DNA of 64,000 nt from Macrostomum lignano (lineage: Eukaryota): positions 12,593-76,592 of the forward strand of contig NIVC01003792.1 of NCBI GenBank assembly GCA_002269645.1. The letters run 5' to 3'. Positions within the stretch are counted from its first letter, which is position 1. Each line of letters begins with the position of its first letter. Made by a program: the position numbers and the translations under genes. The notes below the pieces were generated by a model that was not told the DNA's origin, ran no database searches, and saw only the letters and a program-made list of their open reading frames with translations. Of this stretch, positions 13,576-24,689 are shown in pieces.

Positions 13576-16500
13576 ATTTGGAGATTGAGAGACAGAAATC
13601 GGGAGTCAGGCCTGTCCTGGTAGGCGGCAGCTCAAAGCTTGGTTAAGAGCTCAGCTTCTCTCTGTGAGCAGCTTTTCTACTCCCAAAAGTGCAGAGAGGC
13701 AGAGAGAGAGAGAAGGGAAGCGACTGTCCAGTGGATAGCTGCCTAGTGTTCTGCTCGTGGGATCTGGATCCCCATTGGCTGGATTAGGAGCGGAGCGTTT
13801 GCAAGCAGATAAAGTGCTCAAGCTCGGTAGCTACGTGTTTGAAAATTTGCCCATCCGTCAGACACAGAGCGAGAAAAGATCTACTCAGTCTTAATCCGAG
13901 TAAGATTTTGCGAAGCTTTGAGTAGCCTCTGAAAGGATGGCTGCTTTGAAGATGGGACTTGCACCAGAATCAGATAATAATTATTTACGAATGCTGGGTA
14001 CTGAAGATCCCCTGATTGTTTTGTTGAGGTGCTCTCTTGGGCACTTGGTTTTTTTCAATGGGTCAGCTGACCTCCTTGACCCCTCCTTGATAAAGGGGCA
14101 GAGCAGTTCAGAGGTAAACTCGTCCAAATATCCTTCTAAGATTCCTGACTCGATCCCGTGCTGAGCCACGTCTATTTGGGCTTTTTGGCCTGGGGTTGTC
14201 CTGCGATTGTCCATGACGGCCAACCCTGACAATTACTCGTAGAAAGTCTGGGCCGTTGTACACCCTGTGTGAGCGTACGTAAGCTCGTACTAGTGCGTGC
14301 CTGTGCTCAGGAGTCAACGGAATGGGTACTGAATATTTATTTTTTTATTTGACCACCGATTGTGTCGATGGGCCAACTAACCCCATTTTAGCCTAGGCCC
14401 TCTTAGCGAAGCCTATTTATTTGAGCTTTGCATTCTTCTCTTTCATAAAAGCTAAATATTGGCAGTTGGCCAAGTTAGAAGCATAAACAAGTGCGCATCA
14501 TCCAAGTCGACAGAAACGGTTCAACTTACGCTGCCAGCGGAGCGGAGAAAAAACGGCCGTGACGAATGCGTCCGAAATCCTGCATGCGGTGCACGGGCCT
14601 GAATTTTCGCAGCGCTTCTATACGGCTCGGTTCCGCGTTGGGGAAGAGAGGCTCGGAAGCGCTGCAAGCTGGGTGAGGGATCCGAAGGCACGTTCTGGCG
14701 GACCCATGCAGCCCAGCGGCCCTGGTAGGAGGCCTCTAAAGCACCCCATCGATGCCTGCGCGCGTCCATGGGAGATTCCCAGAAACCAGTCCGGGCGCTT
14801 CCTCGATCCCCCAAATTCACTTCCTGCTTTTTCAGCCCCCTCTCATCCCCTGAACGCTCCAAAGCTTGCCCGAAATTTTCTTTCCTCATTTTGATACGCG
14901 CTCAGGCCGTGCACTATTCCAATGGAGCAGCGGCTGCAGATGCCTCCGCGTCTTCATGTCCCGCGGCCTTATTTGTGAACCTTTCCTTAGCGAATTCCTC
15001 CAACCAGCTGCCTCTCTGCGACGCCCCCGCTAAGAGGGCGTGGGAAAGTCAGGCCTGCCGCTCCTGCGTCATCAAAGCTGGCACCTTTTCTGTTCTTTTT
15101 CTGCTAATAGTAAAAAAGACAAAATTGATTTTAGCCCATATTTTTTCTGTCGGCAAAAGATCAATACAATAATTTCTATAGGGCCTTTTTTAGCAGCTCT
15201 TGAATAGACAGCTGAATTGGTAAAAAATAGGCCTCTAGTTCCTATTTTTAGGGGGGGGATAGAAAAAGAGTCTGGTTGAGCTCCATCATCAGCTAAGGGA
15301 AATAATACAGGAACTGAGCCCCTTTGGCGGCTCCTGAGTTCCATCTAGATCTTTGATTTCTTATCGTCAAAAGACTGAGTCTTTCACAAACTCCCAGCCA
15401 TCTATTATGGATTGGATGTGAAACATTGAGTTGGTGAAAGCAGTCATGCCTGCTGATCACTGAGCCCGCAAACGCTCACACAGGTTGCACAATGCCCTAA
15501 CTTCCACATCGTCAGACACTTTCTGTGCCTTGGCCGTTGGCCCCTCGTGGTCGAAGAATCTCACAAACCTCGGGCCAATTTTCGTCCACGGGCACCAAAG
15601 AAATCGCCGGAGTCGGACGCATTTACCGCTGAGCTCTGCAAGTGAGTTTCTTGCCCGCGATGCTCTTCATCCTTGGAAATAATTGAGAAATTGAAGAATA
15701 GACAGTTTTCATTTCCTTCGAATAGAACCGATTGAAATTAAATAACAAGGGTGAGCGAGTGCGACAGACAGGGAAGTCAGAGAGAGTGACAGCAATTATG
15801 AAAATCAAACAGCGGGATGTTTCCCACAGCGAGAAGACAGAAAACCGCTTAGCAACCGGGAAGGCCGGGAAGGCGGCTTTCCATTGTGCGCAGATTGGAG
15901 AGCTGGCAAGAGTTCCAGCGCGGAGGTGGATAAAAGCGGGGAGGTGGAGAGCAATTTGCAGCAGACAGGAGGTAAGAATGCCAGAGACTCAACATGAGGA
16001 AGGCGTTTTGCTTCTTCTCAGCTGAAAATTAGTCATGCTGAGAATCTGGGATCCAAGGGGAATCATTTCCACCGAGACCTGTTCGCATCGACCTCTTATA
16101 ATCTTTTTTCTCATCGTACTCACGAAAACAGGCGCTATCTTCTAATGCCTTCTCAGAGTGACGACAGCTCGCCCGAGGCCCGCTGACGACAGCAATTTTC
16201 CACAGCGCAGTGCAAAGCGGCATTTCCCAGTCGCCGAGGAAAAGAGAGAAGATCTTGCCTCTAATTGCGCTTCTGCTGCTGCTTCTGCGTCGCTGCCTTT
16301 TTATTCACCGTCAAGGCACTGCTCAAAGAACAGACTGCCGATAGAGAGACTACATTGGATTCTGGCGTCTCCGCATGAATAGCGAAAATACATCTGCTGC
16401 CGCACTCTTCCACGGATGTAGAATAGTAGAAATCTCAGGCTCACCTATTGTGCCTGGACAATGCCTAACCTGCTCAGCCTTGTCTCGCTCAAACGAAAGA

Positions 16501-16853
16501 CTTTTACAGACAGCATTCAGCTTTGCGGATGCTGGGGCAGATTACTAAGCAGAGATCTAGACCGAGATTTAAAACTCTTGCAGTGTATGCTCTTCGATTT
16601 TACTGCCACTATTAGGCTTGGGCAAAAAAAAAACTTGAATAGTGTAAAATTGAATAGTTAGGCAACATTTCAGAGTCTAATTTCTTCATCAGTAGTTAGT
16701 GTTTTTTAATACTGTATAATGTCGTGCAGTTCAACAAATCAAATCTGGCCCTCTTTCTTTGGCCTAGCCAATCAACAAAAACATTTGCGGATGATATTAC
16801 AGTCAGAATCTTAATCTTCCGGCTATGCATTGATTCTGCCGCTGCCAATGATG

Positions 16854-17206
16854 GTACATTCTGCTTAGACCCACCCCACTCCCTGATTGTACATTCTGCT
16901 TAAACCCACCCACTCCCTGATTGTACATTCTGCTTAAACCCACCCCACTCCCTGATTGTACATCCTGCTTAAACCCATCCCACTCCCTGATTGTACATCC
17001 TGCTTAAACCCACCCCACTCCCTGATTGTACATCCTGCTTAAACCCACCCCACTCCCTGATTGTACATCCTGCTTAAACCCACCCCACTCCCTGATTGTA
17101 CATCCTGCTTAAACCCACCCCACTCCCTGATTGTACATCCTGCTTAAACCCACCTCACTCCCTGATTGTAAATCCTGCTTAAAGCCACCTCACTTCCTAA
17201 TTGTAC
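16854..17206. repeat. Tandem repeat, 35-bp unit TGTACATCCTGCTTAAACCCACCCCACTCCCTGAT, ~10 copies
   Basis: Period of 35 measured (16981 vs 17016). No unique spacers. Lies just 3' of the Phactr stop. Confidence 0.95.
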
Positions 17207-17330
17207 TCTGAACATGGCTACAATTTCATTCATACTTAATAATTGATTCCAGAAATTCAACAAAAATTATCACACGAGTCCAACAGCAACCCAGTTATTT
17301 TAAAGAAAAATTCCAGATAAGGACCGGCGG

Positions 17331-20300
17331 TCAGGATTTGTGGTAGCGGGTGTACTTTCTGCTGTTCTTATGAACTGGCATCTCCTTGGACTTGAACGCA
17401 TTGAGCTCCTTCCTTATCTTCTCCTGCAATGGGTTTGGGGAGAATTTTCCCGGCTTAGCACAGCAGACTCCATAATCTTGAGGATTATTAATCTTCTGGC
17501 GTAATCTATTGACAGTTCAATGTCACCGTTTAATCCCAGATAGAAGGATAATCTTATTTGATACTAAAAATGATTAAAATTTGCACTGTAATTTAGGAAA
17601 TCATCTTCATACTCATATAAATGCGAATGCTAGCATCAAAGTTTTTAATAAGACGCGTTTTGACCGACGCGAACTATTTTTGAAAAACAATGACGAGCAT
17701 GAACTTATGCGTCGAACCAAACGGTTGAGCAAATATGTATGATGTGTGAAATTCAATATTCAAGCCAAGGATTTAATCTTAAGAATGTACAAATGGACAC
17801 TAGCTAATAAAGAAAGGGCAGGGACAAATTTAGAATAGAATGCAGTTTCAAGGCTTCAAGTACATCACTTCCGTTTCATACAATCGAGTTCCATATTGTT
17901 TATTCTTGCACATGTAGATGCTCAATCGTTAGGTCTAAGTAATTGAAGGGGAACACTTTACCGCAGGTAATCTTCAGTTTCTCACCTTGTCCACCTCCGA
18001 GAGGCAGGTCCAAGGCTTGTCAGTCACCCTGTCGTAGTCCTCAGTGCGGGTGACCTCGACGTAGTCGCTGAACTTGATGATCTGCCGGTCGCGCAGCTCC
18101 TCGACAGTCGGCCGGTAGCTCAGCTTCCTGGCTAGCAGGCGGATCTGCTGTCGCCGCTCGGATTCCAGCTGCTGGCTGCCGGTGGAGTGCAGGATGTTGC
18201 GCTCCAGCAGCTGCTCGCTGGTTGGCCTCAGGCTGAGCCGCCGCTCCAGCACAGCGCCGATTCTGTCCCGCTCCGACAGCGGCAGCTGCGAGCGAAGCCG
18301 CTGCAGGCCGGCCCGGCGCTCCTGACGGCGGTTTTCCAGGAAACGCGAGAACGGATCGCGACGTTTGAGAGAATCGAAGTTCTGCCGCTGCTGCTGCTGG
18401 CCCTGATGGGGCTGCTGCTTTGAAGCAAGCTGACCGCTACTGCTGCACTTTTTAATGATGCCCTTGGCTGGCTGGCGACCAAAGTCGGGCTCCTTTAAAG
18501 GGACCTGCTCATAGCCTTCAGGCACCGGCTCCTCTGATTCGGCAGGTTCGCAGGCTTCAACAGCGGTGACAGCCGTTGAGAACTCGGTTTGCCGCTGCTG
18601 GCCCTCGGGGATGAACTGAGACAGCGTCGCGAGCTCTCTCGTGTCCTTGCTTGGTTCGCATTCCACCGCGAGTCTAGAGGTGCAATTTTCTGTGGCTGTG
18701 AAGGCCAAGTCCGCACTGCTGACAGTCTGGACTATTGTTGCCGGGAGAGCCGCGGCAACTGTTCCATTCTGTGCGGCTAATGAGATGGGTTAGATAGATT
18801 AGCAATCCATTCATTAATGATAGCTAATGTAGACCTATATACGAGCAATATTAAGAAAAATAAAGATCGCAGCAGCTTCCGCAATGTTGATAATTGCAGC
18901 GAAACAGTCAGGCACGCAAGAACTGGTCGGATGCTTCCATCTCAAAAGTGACTCTGAAAACCGCTGAAGTAGTGAAAGAGCCCCAGGGAAAAGTTAGCCA
19001 AACGCCTTAAGCCAGACTTCAGCCCTGTGCACGCATGAAATGTTGCCACTTCGTCAAGTGCTAATAGTTCCCGAGGCCCCTGCGGCCCCTCCAATCAATA
19101 TTGACCGGCCGTTAGTCCGTCCATTGGCAAAGCGAAAGCACTGCAGCTCATGAATTATTGATGAGCGGAGGGCAAGAATCAACTGCTAAACTGGGGACGG
19201 CTCTTGAGAAAGCAGTCTTGCCCGAACTGTTTCTTTGTGGAGTTGAGCGTTCTAGAAATTCATCTTTCTTGCTTTATTGACTTGGTTTCAAACTTAGAAA
19301 GTACTCGCCCTCTGGGGGGAATACTGTACAAAAAATACACAAAAGCATTTAAATTCCTCTCAACTGAAAGCCCTCCCTGTTAATACGAGTACAATACCGC
19401 ACCCAGTCCCTTCTGCTAAAATTTCATTTAATGAAGTTTCATCTCAAGCCTTGGAGTCTTGGAGGTTACAAGTCGAATTTAAAGTCGGATCTACCGCGGG
19501 ATGAAATAGATAATTTTTTACGAAGGGTACATGAAAAAAGAAATATTTGCTTATTAGGGAATTATCATTAGGGTTTGTGTGCACCCTGGCGCACTGCACT
19601 TTAAGCGACATTGTCACACAACCGGCAAGAGGCACAACTGCCCATTCCGCCGACTCCCCTGAGCAGGTACACGAGCGCGTGGATACGTACACAGGCACAC
19701 ACGCACACTGGAGTGTACAGCGGCCCTAACTTTATTTATCGTTAGGCATGTACATTTCACTGTGCCTTGGGCGTTGACTCTCAAGAGCGTTAATTGCACG
19801 AGCAGAGCCAAGCCGAGATTCCAATTTAGCCCCAAATTAATGTGACTGTACTTGGGACCGAGCCTGGACCGCTGGGACATCAGAGCGCCGCGCCAGACCA
19901 CTGGGCGACGGCCTCCCTAATGACCTTAGTAATTTTTTGAACGAATTAAAATATGAATCACACAAAAATGATAATAATTTTCGTTCAACTAAGAAAGTGC
20001 GACTGCTGTAAATCGGAGCATTCCAATAAAACTATTCGTCCCATCACCGATGCGCTCCCTGCGTACTCAAGTAGAAGGATGCTGAACTCTCAAACTGTTG
20101 TATCTTAATTCACCAGAACGTGGAAAGCTACCTGGGACGATTTGGAAGTCTAAAAGGTAAGATACTTGTTAGTCACTTGCTAAGAAGGTTGACCTTTCCT
20201 ACCGCTATTAATTCAAGAACAACTTTAGTCAGCCATTGTGGTGAAAAAGTCCTTTTCCTAGTGAACTTCTCAGGACTTGAGAGTGCTTCTATTGAGTAGT

Positions 20301-20590
20301 CCATGGCCTGTCCTCTATTCCCAAGAAATCCAAGAGGCTTCACCCGCTAAGCGACCTCCGCTGTTTCCACGCGTCCTGGCCTCCTGTTCGGACAGCCGAA
20401 GCAGTGATTCCGCGCCGAACTCCGAGCCAATGCGCCGAGTGTAGCGCCGGGCGGTCACCGAGGACAGCGTCGTGACGCTGTCGGATAGATGGCGCCGGCA
20501 GCCGCGTCCGGCTTGCTGCTGGCTCCTGTGGTGCAGCCGCAGTGACTCGCTGCGCCGGCTGGACAGAGGCGTGGACTGGCAGCTGCCCAT
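17331..20590 (-). CDS. phactr: Phosphatase and actin regulator (Phactr) homologue, 3 coding exons, ~376 aa
   Basis: Exons 20590-20344 (starts MGSCQS, phase-1 donor GTGAAG), 18776-17986 (RPEL motifs RRLSLRPTSEQLLERNIL and RKLSYRPTVEELRDRQIIKFSDYVEV, then DYDRVTDKPWT; donor GTGAGA) and 17423-17331 (EKIRKELNAFKSKEMPVHKNSRKYTRYHKS*, matching the Phactr C-terminal PP1-binding tail). The exon lengths sum to 1131 nt in frame. The first coding exon is less certain. Confidence 0.9.
19655..19830 (+). repeat. Old dispersed repeat; related copies at ~50290-50400 (+), ~14220-14320 (-) and ~23060-23155 (-)
   Basis: Shared core CCCCTGAGCA..GGATACGTACA(C/A)AGGCACACAC..CCCT(A/G)ACTTT..TTATCGT..CATGTACA seen by eye between 19.7 kb and 50.3 kb; the minus-strand copies are weaker. 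Confidence 0.5.
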
Positions 20591-21046
20591 CGCTGGACAG
20601 AACAAGTTGGTAGGAGAGAAAATCTCTGTGTCTGTTCTGTAATGTAAGTTCGCGACAAGTCAGAAGTCTCAATCATTTAAGCCCGTCGGTTCGTCCAGTT
20701 CCGCTCCGTTGCTCAGACAGAATGAACGGGAAGCAAAAACTCTTTGCGGTGTCAATTTTTTTGCTTCTGTTCGTGCGCCATGAATTGAATTCACTTGGCT
20801 TCGTTGGACCCTTCCTGCTGCTGTTCCTGTTAACTTATGACCTGAGCAACGCAGAGAGAAAATGTTTGAATAAACCAAAGGACACAATGTTACACAATCG
20901 TGCAACATTCCTACACTAATTAAACAGGTAGGAATGTGTTTCTTACTTTATGCTCTGCTTATTACTTATAGTACCATATGCATGGCTTTAAGCAAGTGAG
21001 TGATTTTAATGTTTCTAAGTGTGTTTCACGCATTCACATGTAAACA

Positions 21047-21350
21047 GGGACTGTAGCCTAGTGGTTAGTGTCGGACACCGGACTAAAAGGTCGCGGATTG
21101 GATTCTGGATCCACTCGGAACAATTTGTGTCCTTAAGCAAGACACTTACCAGTAACTCTGCATTGCTTCAGTTCACCCAGCTGTAAAATGGGTGCCAGCA
21201 TCAGCTGGGGTAATTAAGGCTGTGTGTGGCGACCCCCCGTCCTTGGATTGAACAGTCGTACGCCTCCTTCAGATGCGCCACGCAATAGCTGCGGCTGAGC
21301 TGTCGGTTGCACATCTGCCCATAGGCGCAGGTGCAATCAATTATTATAAC
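21047..21350 (+). mobile_element. tRNA-derived SINE (degenerate)
   Basis: A-box TAGCCTAGTGGTTAG and a degenerate B-box. Central motifs GTGTCCTTAAGCAAGACACTT (21127-21147) and CACCCAGCTGTAAAATGGG resemble conserved central domains of ancient SINE2 families (recalled, not searched). The 3' boundary is approximate. Confidence 0.65.
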
Positions 21351-22158
21351 TGTTATCATCATTCACGCATACATACAGAGAGCTATTGTGAAGATAGACA
21401 AAGAGCGCACGTATTATTGAGATACAATTTTATATCAAAATTATTCCGGAAAACGTTGACACAAGAAACTATCTCTTTCCTGTGTGCAGTGTTCTTACTG
21501 TCTTTTTTGAATTTGAAATCGTTTTTTCCTTGCTTAAAATCTGTAAACTAGTATCTAAACACGGAAAATCTAATGAGCCAGGGCCAGCAACGAGGCAGAT
21601 CATCAGTAAAAAGTATAATACTGGGGTAGAGTTGCTCTCTTAGTAAATAGAATGACAAAGAGAACGACAATGCAAGCATTAGTTTTAATAGCCAACGCGT
21701 TTTGTCAAAGCTGTGGTCAGGATTCTTGAGGCTACGTACATTCGTTTGCACAAGCCATCGTTGAATGTGCAGCTGGCTGGCATGGCAGGGGCATATTATA
21801 TTCATTTTAAAGTCACAAATAGGTCTTATATTCCACATATATGACGAGCGTACACACAGGAATATAATATCTATAGTCTACACGCATGTACTTGTAGATT
21901 TGTTCTCATAAACTTCACGACTAGCTTCGTTTATGGACAAGATCGAGCAAATCTTCGATGAAATATTTAATTAAAAAGCGCTCTCTAATCCAGACACGAT
22001 GCTAGAATATATAGTTTCTGCTCTATTTATAATGTAAGAAGATTATTGAATTGATTAGCATTCTCACGCTTAACAATACAAGTGCATCGCTGGCTGAACA
22101 ATGCAGCCCCGAGCTCAAGTAGAGCTGGACGCGGCGGCGGCCACGGACCTCTCGCCTA

Positions 22159-22590
22159 ATGACGGCTTTGAATACTACGAGACGCAGCTGTTCGACGTCA
22201 AGCATTCTGCGACCATCCCGCTGGCCGCAGATGTCAATCAGGCGCTGCCTCTCCCTGTTCCTAGTGGTCTCGATGAGCAGCACCGTCTCCTCAGCGCTCT
22301 ACTTTGCTCAGTCTCTGCTTCTGATTCTATTCGTGCTCACTCACCTGGTCTCTACCGTGATAGCCATCTTCATCATTGTTGAGATCAGCGTCATCACGCA
22401 GAATCGGCAGCCATTTGACATTCCACTGGCGTTTCGATTTAACAAAAGCTGCAGTACACTGATTGACGTGGCAGACGTGCTCAAGTTCTCCTGTTACTCA
22501 AGCGCCGTGATCTTCTCCGTACTCATGCTGTTTCTAATTATCGCTCTGCTGCTCTGTCTGGACGTCAATCTACATGACAATCTACGATGA
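22159..22590 (+). CDS. Putative small multi-pass membrane protein (143 aa, 3-4 hydrophobic segments)
   Basis: ATG-initiated intronless ORF with coding-like composition and hydrophobic stretches (CLSLFLVVSM.., LLLILFVLTHLVSTVIAIFIIVEI, SAVIFSVLMLFLIIALLLCL). An overlapping ORF 22101-22382 makes the N-terminus uncertain. Confidence 0.5.
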   Translation: MTALNTTRRSCSTSSILRPSRWPQMSIRRCLSLFLVVSMSSTVSSALYFAQSLLLILFVLTHLVSTVIAIFIIVEISVITQNRQPFDIPLAFRFNKSCSTLIDVADVLKFSCYSSAVIFSVLMLFLIIALLLCLDVNLHDNLR

Positions 22591-23637
22591 AACTCGCGCG
22601 GCAGTGCGTCTCAGGGTCTTCACAGCGATATTATAATATTACTCATTACTACGGTTGCAGTTACGAGTTTCACTGCGTTAAACCTCTTTAAGCCATGCAT
22701 GCATTTCAACAGCCAGTAGCTCGTATATCGTTGCTAAAATAATTGCTATCTTGTTACGTCGCGTATACTTAAGCACCGCGGATAGACCATGTACTTTTCG
22801 TCTCTGTACTTTTCGTCTTCCGTCAAGCCTGCAGCACCGGTACAACTTTGTGTACAGTGACACCGAATCTTTCATATTGAATGTACGATATGTACGAGCT
22901 ATGAATCAATAGTTTTCAATTGATTCAATCGATTCATATATAAATGATTCAATATATGAATCAATAGTTTTTTAGCAGAATGTAGGGAGTTTGCGACTAC
23001 AGATAGGTCGTAGGTGCCTACATGTACATTTAATTTTGTATAAATAATATATTGTAGCGTGCACACTGGGTGAGCGTACGCATGTATATACGAGTAGTTA
23101 CTGCATGCCTGCCTGCGAGAATATCCTCGTGCTTGTATGTGCTCAGGAGTGAGTGGATCGCGGAATAAGCAAAGATTGTTCCATCGCTGCGTGTGGGACG
23201 TCATATATGGTGCCAACAGCCCTGCTGCGAACATTCTGTAGTGCTACTCCTCCTCGGGTTCTTGAAGATGTTCCTAGAAATAGAACCCGCTGCTCCTGAA
23301 GTAGCTAGATAGCACCGTTGTACTACCTATCGATTTGCCTGAAATGAACCTAAAACGTTAGCCTTGACTTGGTAGGGTTGCTGCCACCTTGGTGTGCGGA
23401 CTCGACGCGTCGGCAGAGTTGTCTATCCGTCACCTGAAATAAAATAACGAAGTCGCTCAGAGCAAAGGCAAATCTGTAAAATGTCTCGACATGTCTCTTA
23501 GTAGAATGCTGCTCGAACCTGAAAACCTGTAAAACCTGAAATGAGAGAGGAGAGCTCGGAGGCAGAGAGGCAGCTCCGGTCGAGCCCAGACAGGACGACG
23601 CAATCGGTTCCGCGTTGCTCCACGATCTGGAGAAAAA

Positions 23638-24082
23638 TGGCTCGCAGATGCTCCGTATTTATAGCCGAGCGGACCCCCAAAAGTGACGTGAGTTTCATGC
23701 GGTGAGCGCGTGAAACTTCCTTATTTGGTCACTAAAATCATGCGAGCGACGCGTGATTCAAGGCCAACTTCCAAATAAGGCAACCCTGTCACGCAGCAGT
23801 GGCGTGACTCAAGGTCAGTGGCCACGCACAGTGTGCGTGCACAGTCACGTGCTTTTCTGTGCTAAAAATAGAACATGGGCGGATGAGTCATCCTGTTTAC
23901 TCCCTCTAGGCCGCCCTTCACTCCGCGCAGGTGATGAGTCATCCTGCTACGCCTCCTCAGCGCGAGTGGGAAGATATTGAGTGTGGCTGCCCACGCCTGC
24001 TCAGGCGATGAGTCATCGGGCAGTAAACACTTAGGCCCAGCACAGGGTAACTCTCTCTCTCTTGCTCAGGTGGACTGAGTCA
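23638..24082 (-). promoter_or_regulatory. Immediate-early-type promoter/enhancer directing leftward transcription
   Basis: TATAAATA (23663-23656) with Inr-like CCATTTT (A at 23638); TGACGTGA 23684-23691; CArG boxes CCTTATTTGG 23719-23728 and CCAAATAAGG 23771-23780, each overlapped by ACTTCC (Ets); MEF2 CTAAAAATAG 23862-23871; AP-1 TGA(C/G)TCA at 23805, 23884, 23935, 24009 and 24076. Confidence 0.75.
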
Positions 24083-24689
24083 CTGTGCAGCGGACCACAG
24101 CACTCTTGGGAAAGCTAGTGAATGCTGCTGAATAGCCAGTTAGCAGCCAGTCACTACAATTCATATGGATTATTATGCAGACGTTCAAAAAGGGAATAAT
24201 TCAGCTTCTTAAAAATATTTGCATGGTTCGTAGCGTGTTGCGTAATTCTATCGAATACTCGAGTAGTCCATGCTTGTCTCCCTGCGACTGCTGCTTGTTG
24301 ACTATGGGTTGACTGTCCACCTTGATCTGCACTAACAAATATACTATTTGCAAATTCAAACTTGTCACAATAATTCCAAGACGCACGAGCGTACTTAGTT
24401 ACTAGAAGATCGTTAAGCAATCGAAAGTATGAAACGACTAATTGGTAAACTACACTCGTAGTTGTGAGCTTCAAGACAAAGAAAACAACAATGCACGGTG
24501 TGATTTATTTTCACGCGTTTACTATTTTTAAAACAAAGTTTGTTCTCTTTTCAACTCAGATTTCCTCACAAGATTTTCAATGTCCAAGAAAAATGAAGAT
24601 TGCGTTCTCTTGCGCAGATTTAGCAAACAGCAATCATAAAAGAAAAGGCAGCGCAGTTTTTAGAACGAATAAAAAATTGCGCGTCCGAA

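Noticed and set aside
13981-14317. ORFs superficially resembling a CARD start (TPEHRHALVR..)
   Set aside because: The apparent CARD-like start is a non-ATG (TTG) codon, the two ORFs are in different frames, they overlap a dispersed repeat copy, and no full death-fold pattern is present.
16854-17206. 35-bp repeat array of CRISPR-like repeat length
   Set aside because: Units are contiguous with no unique spacers, no cas genes are present, and the context is eukaryotic.
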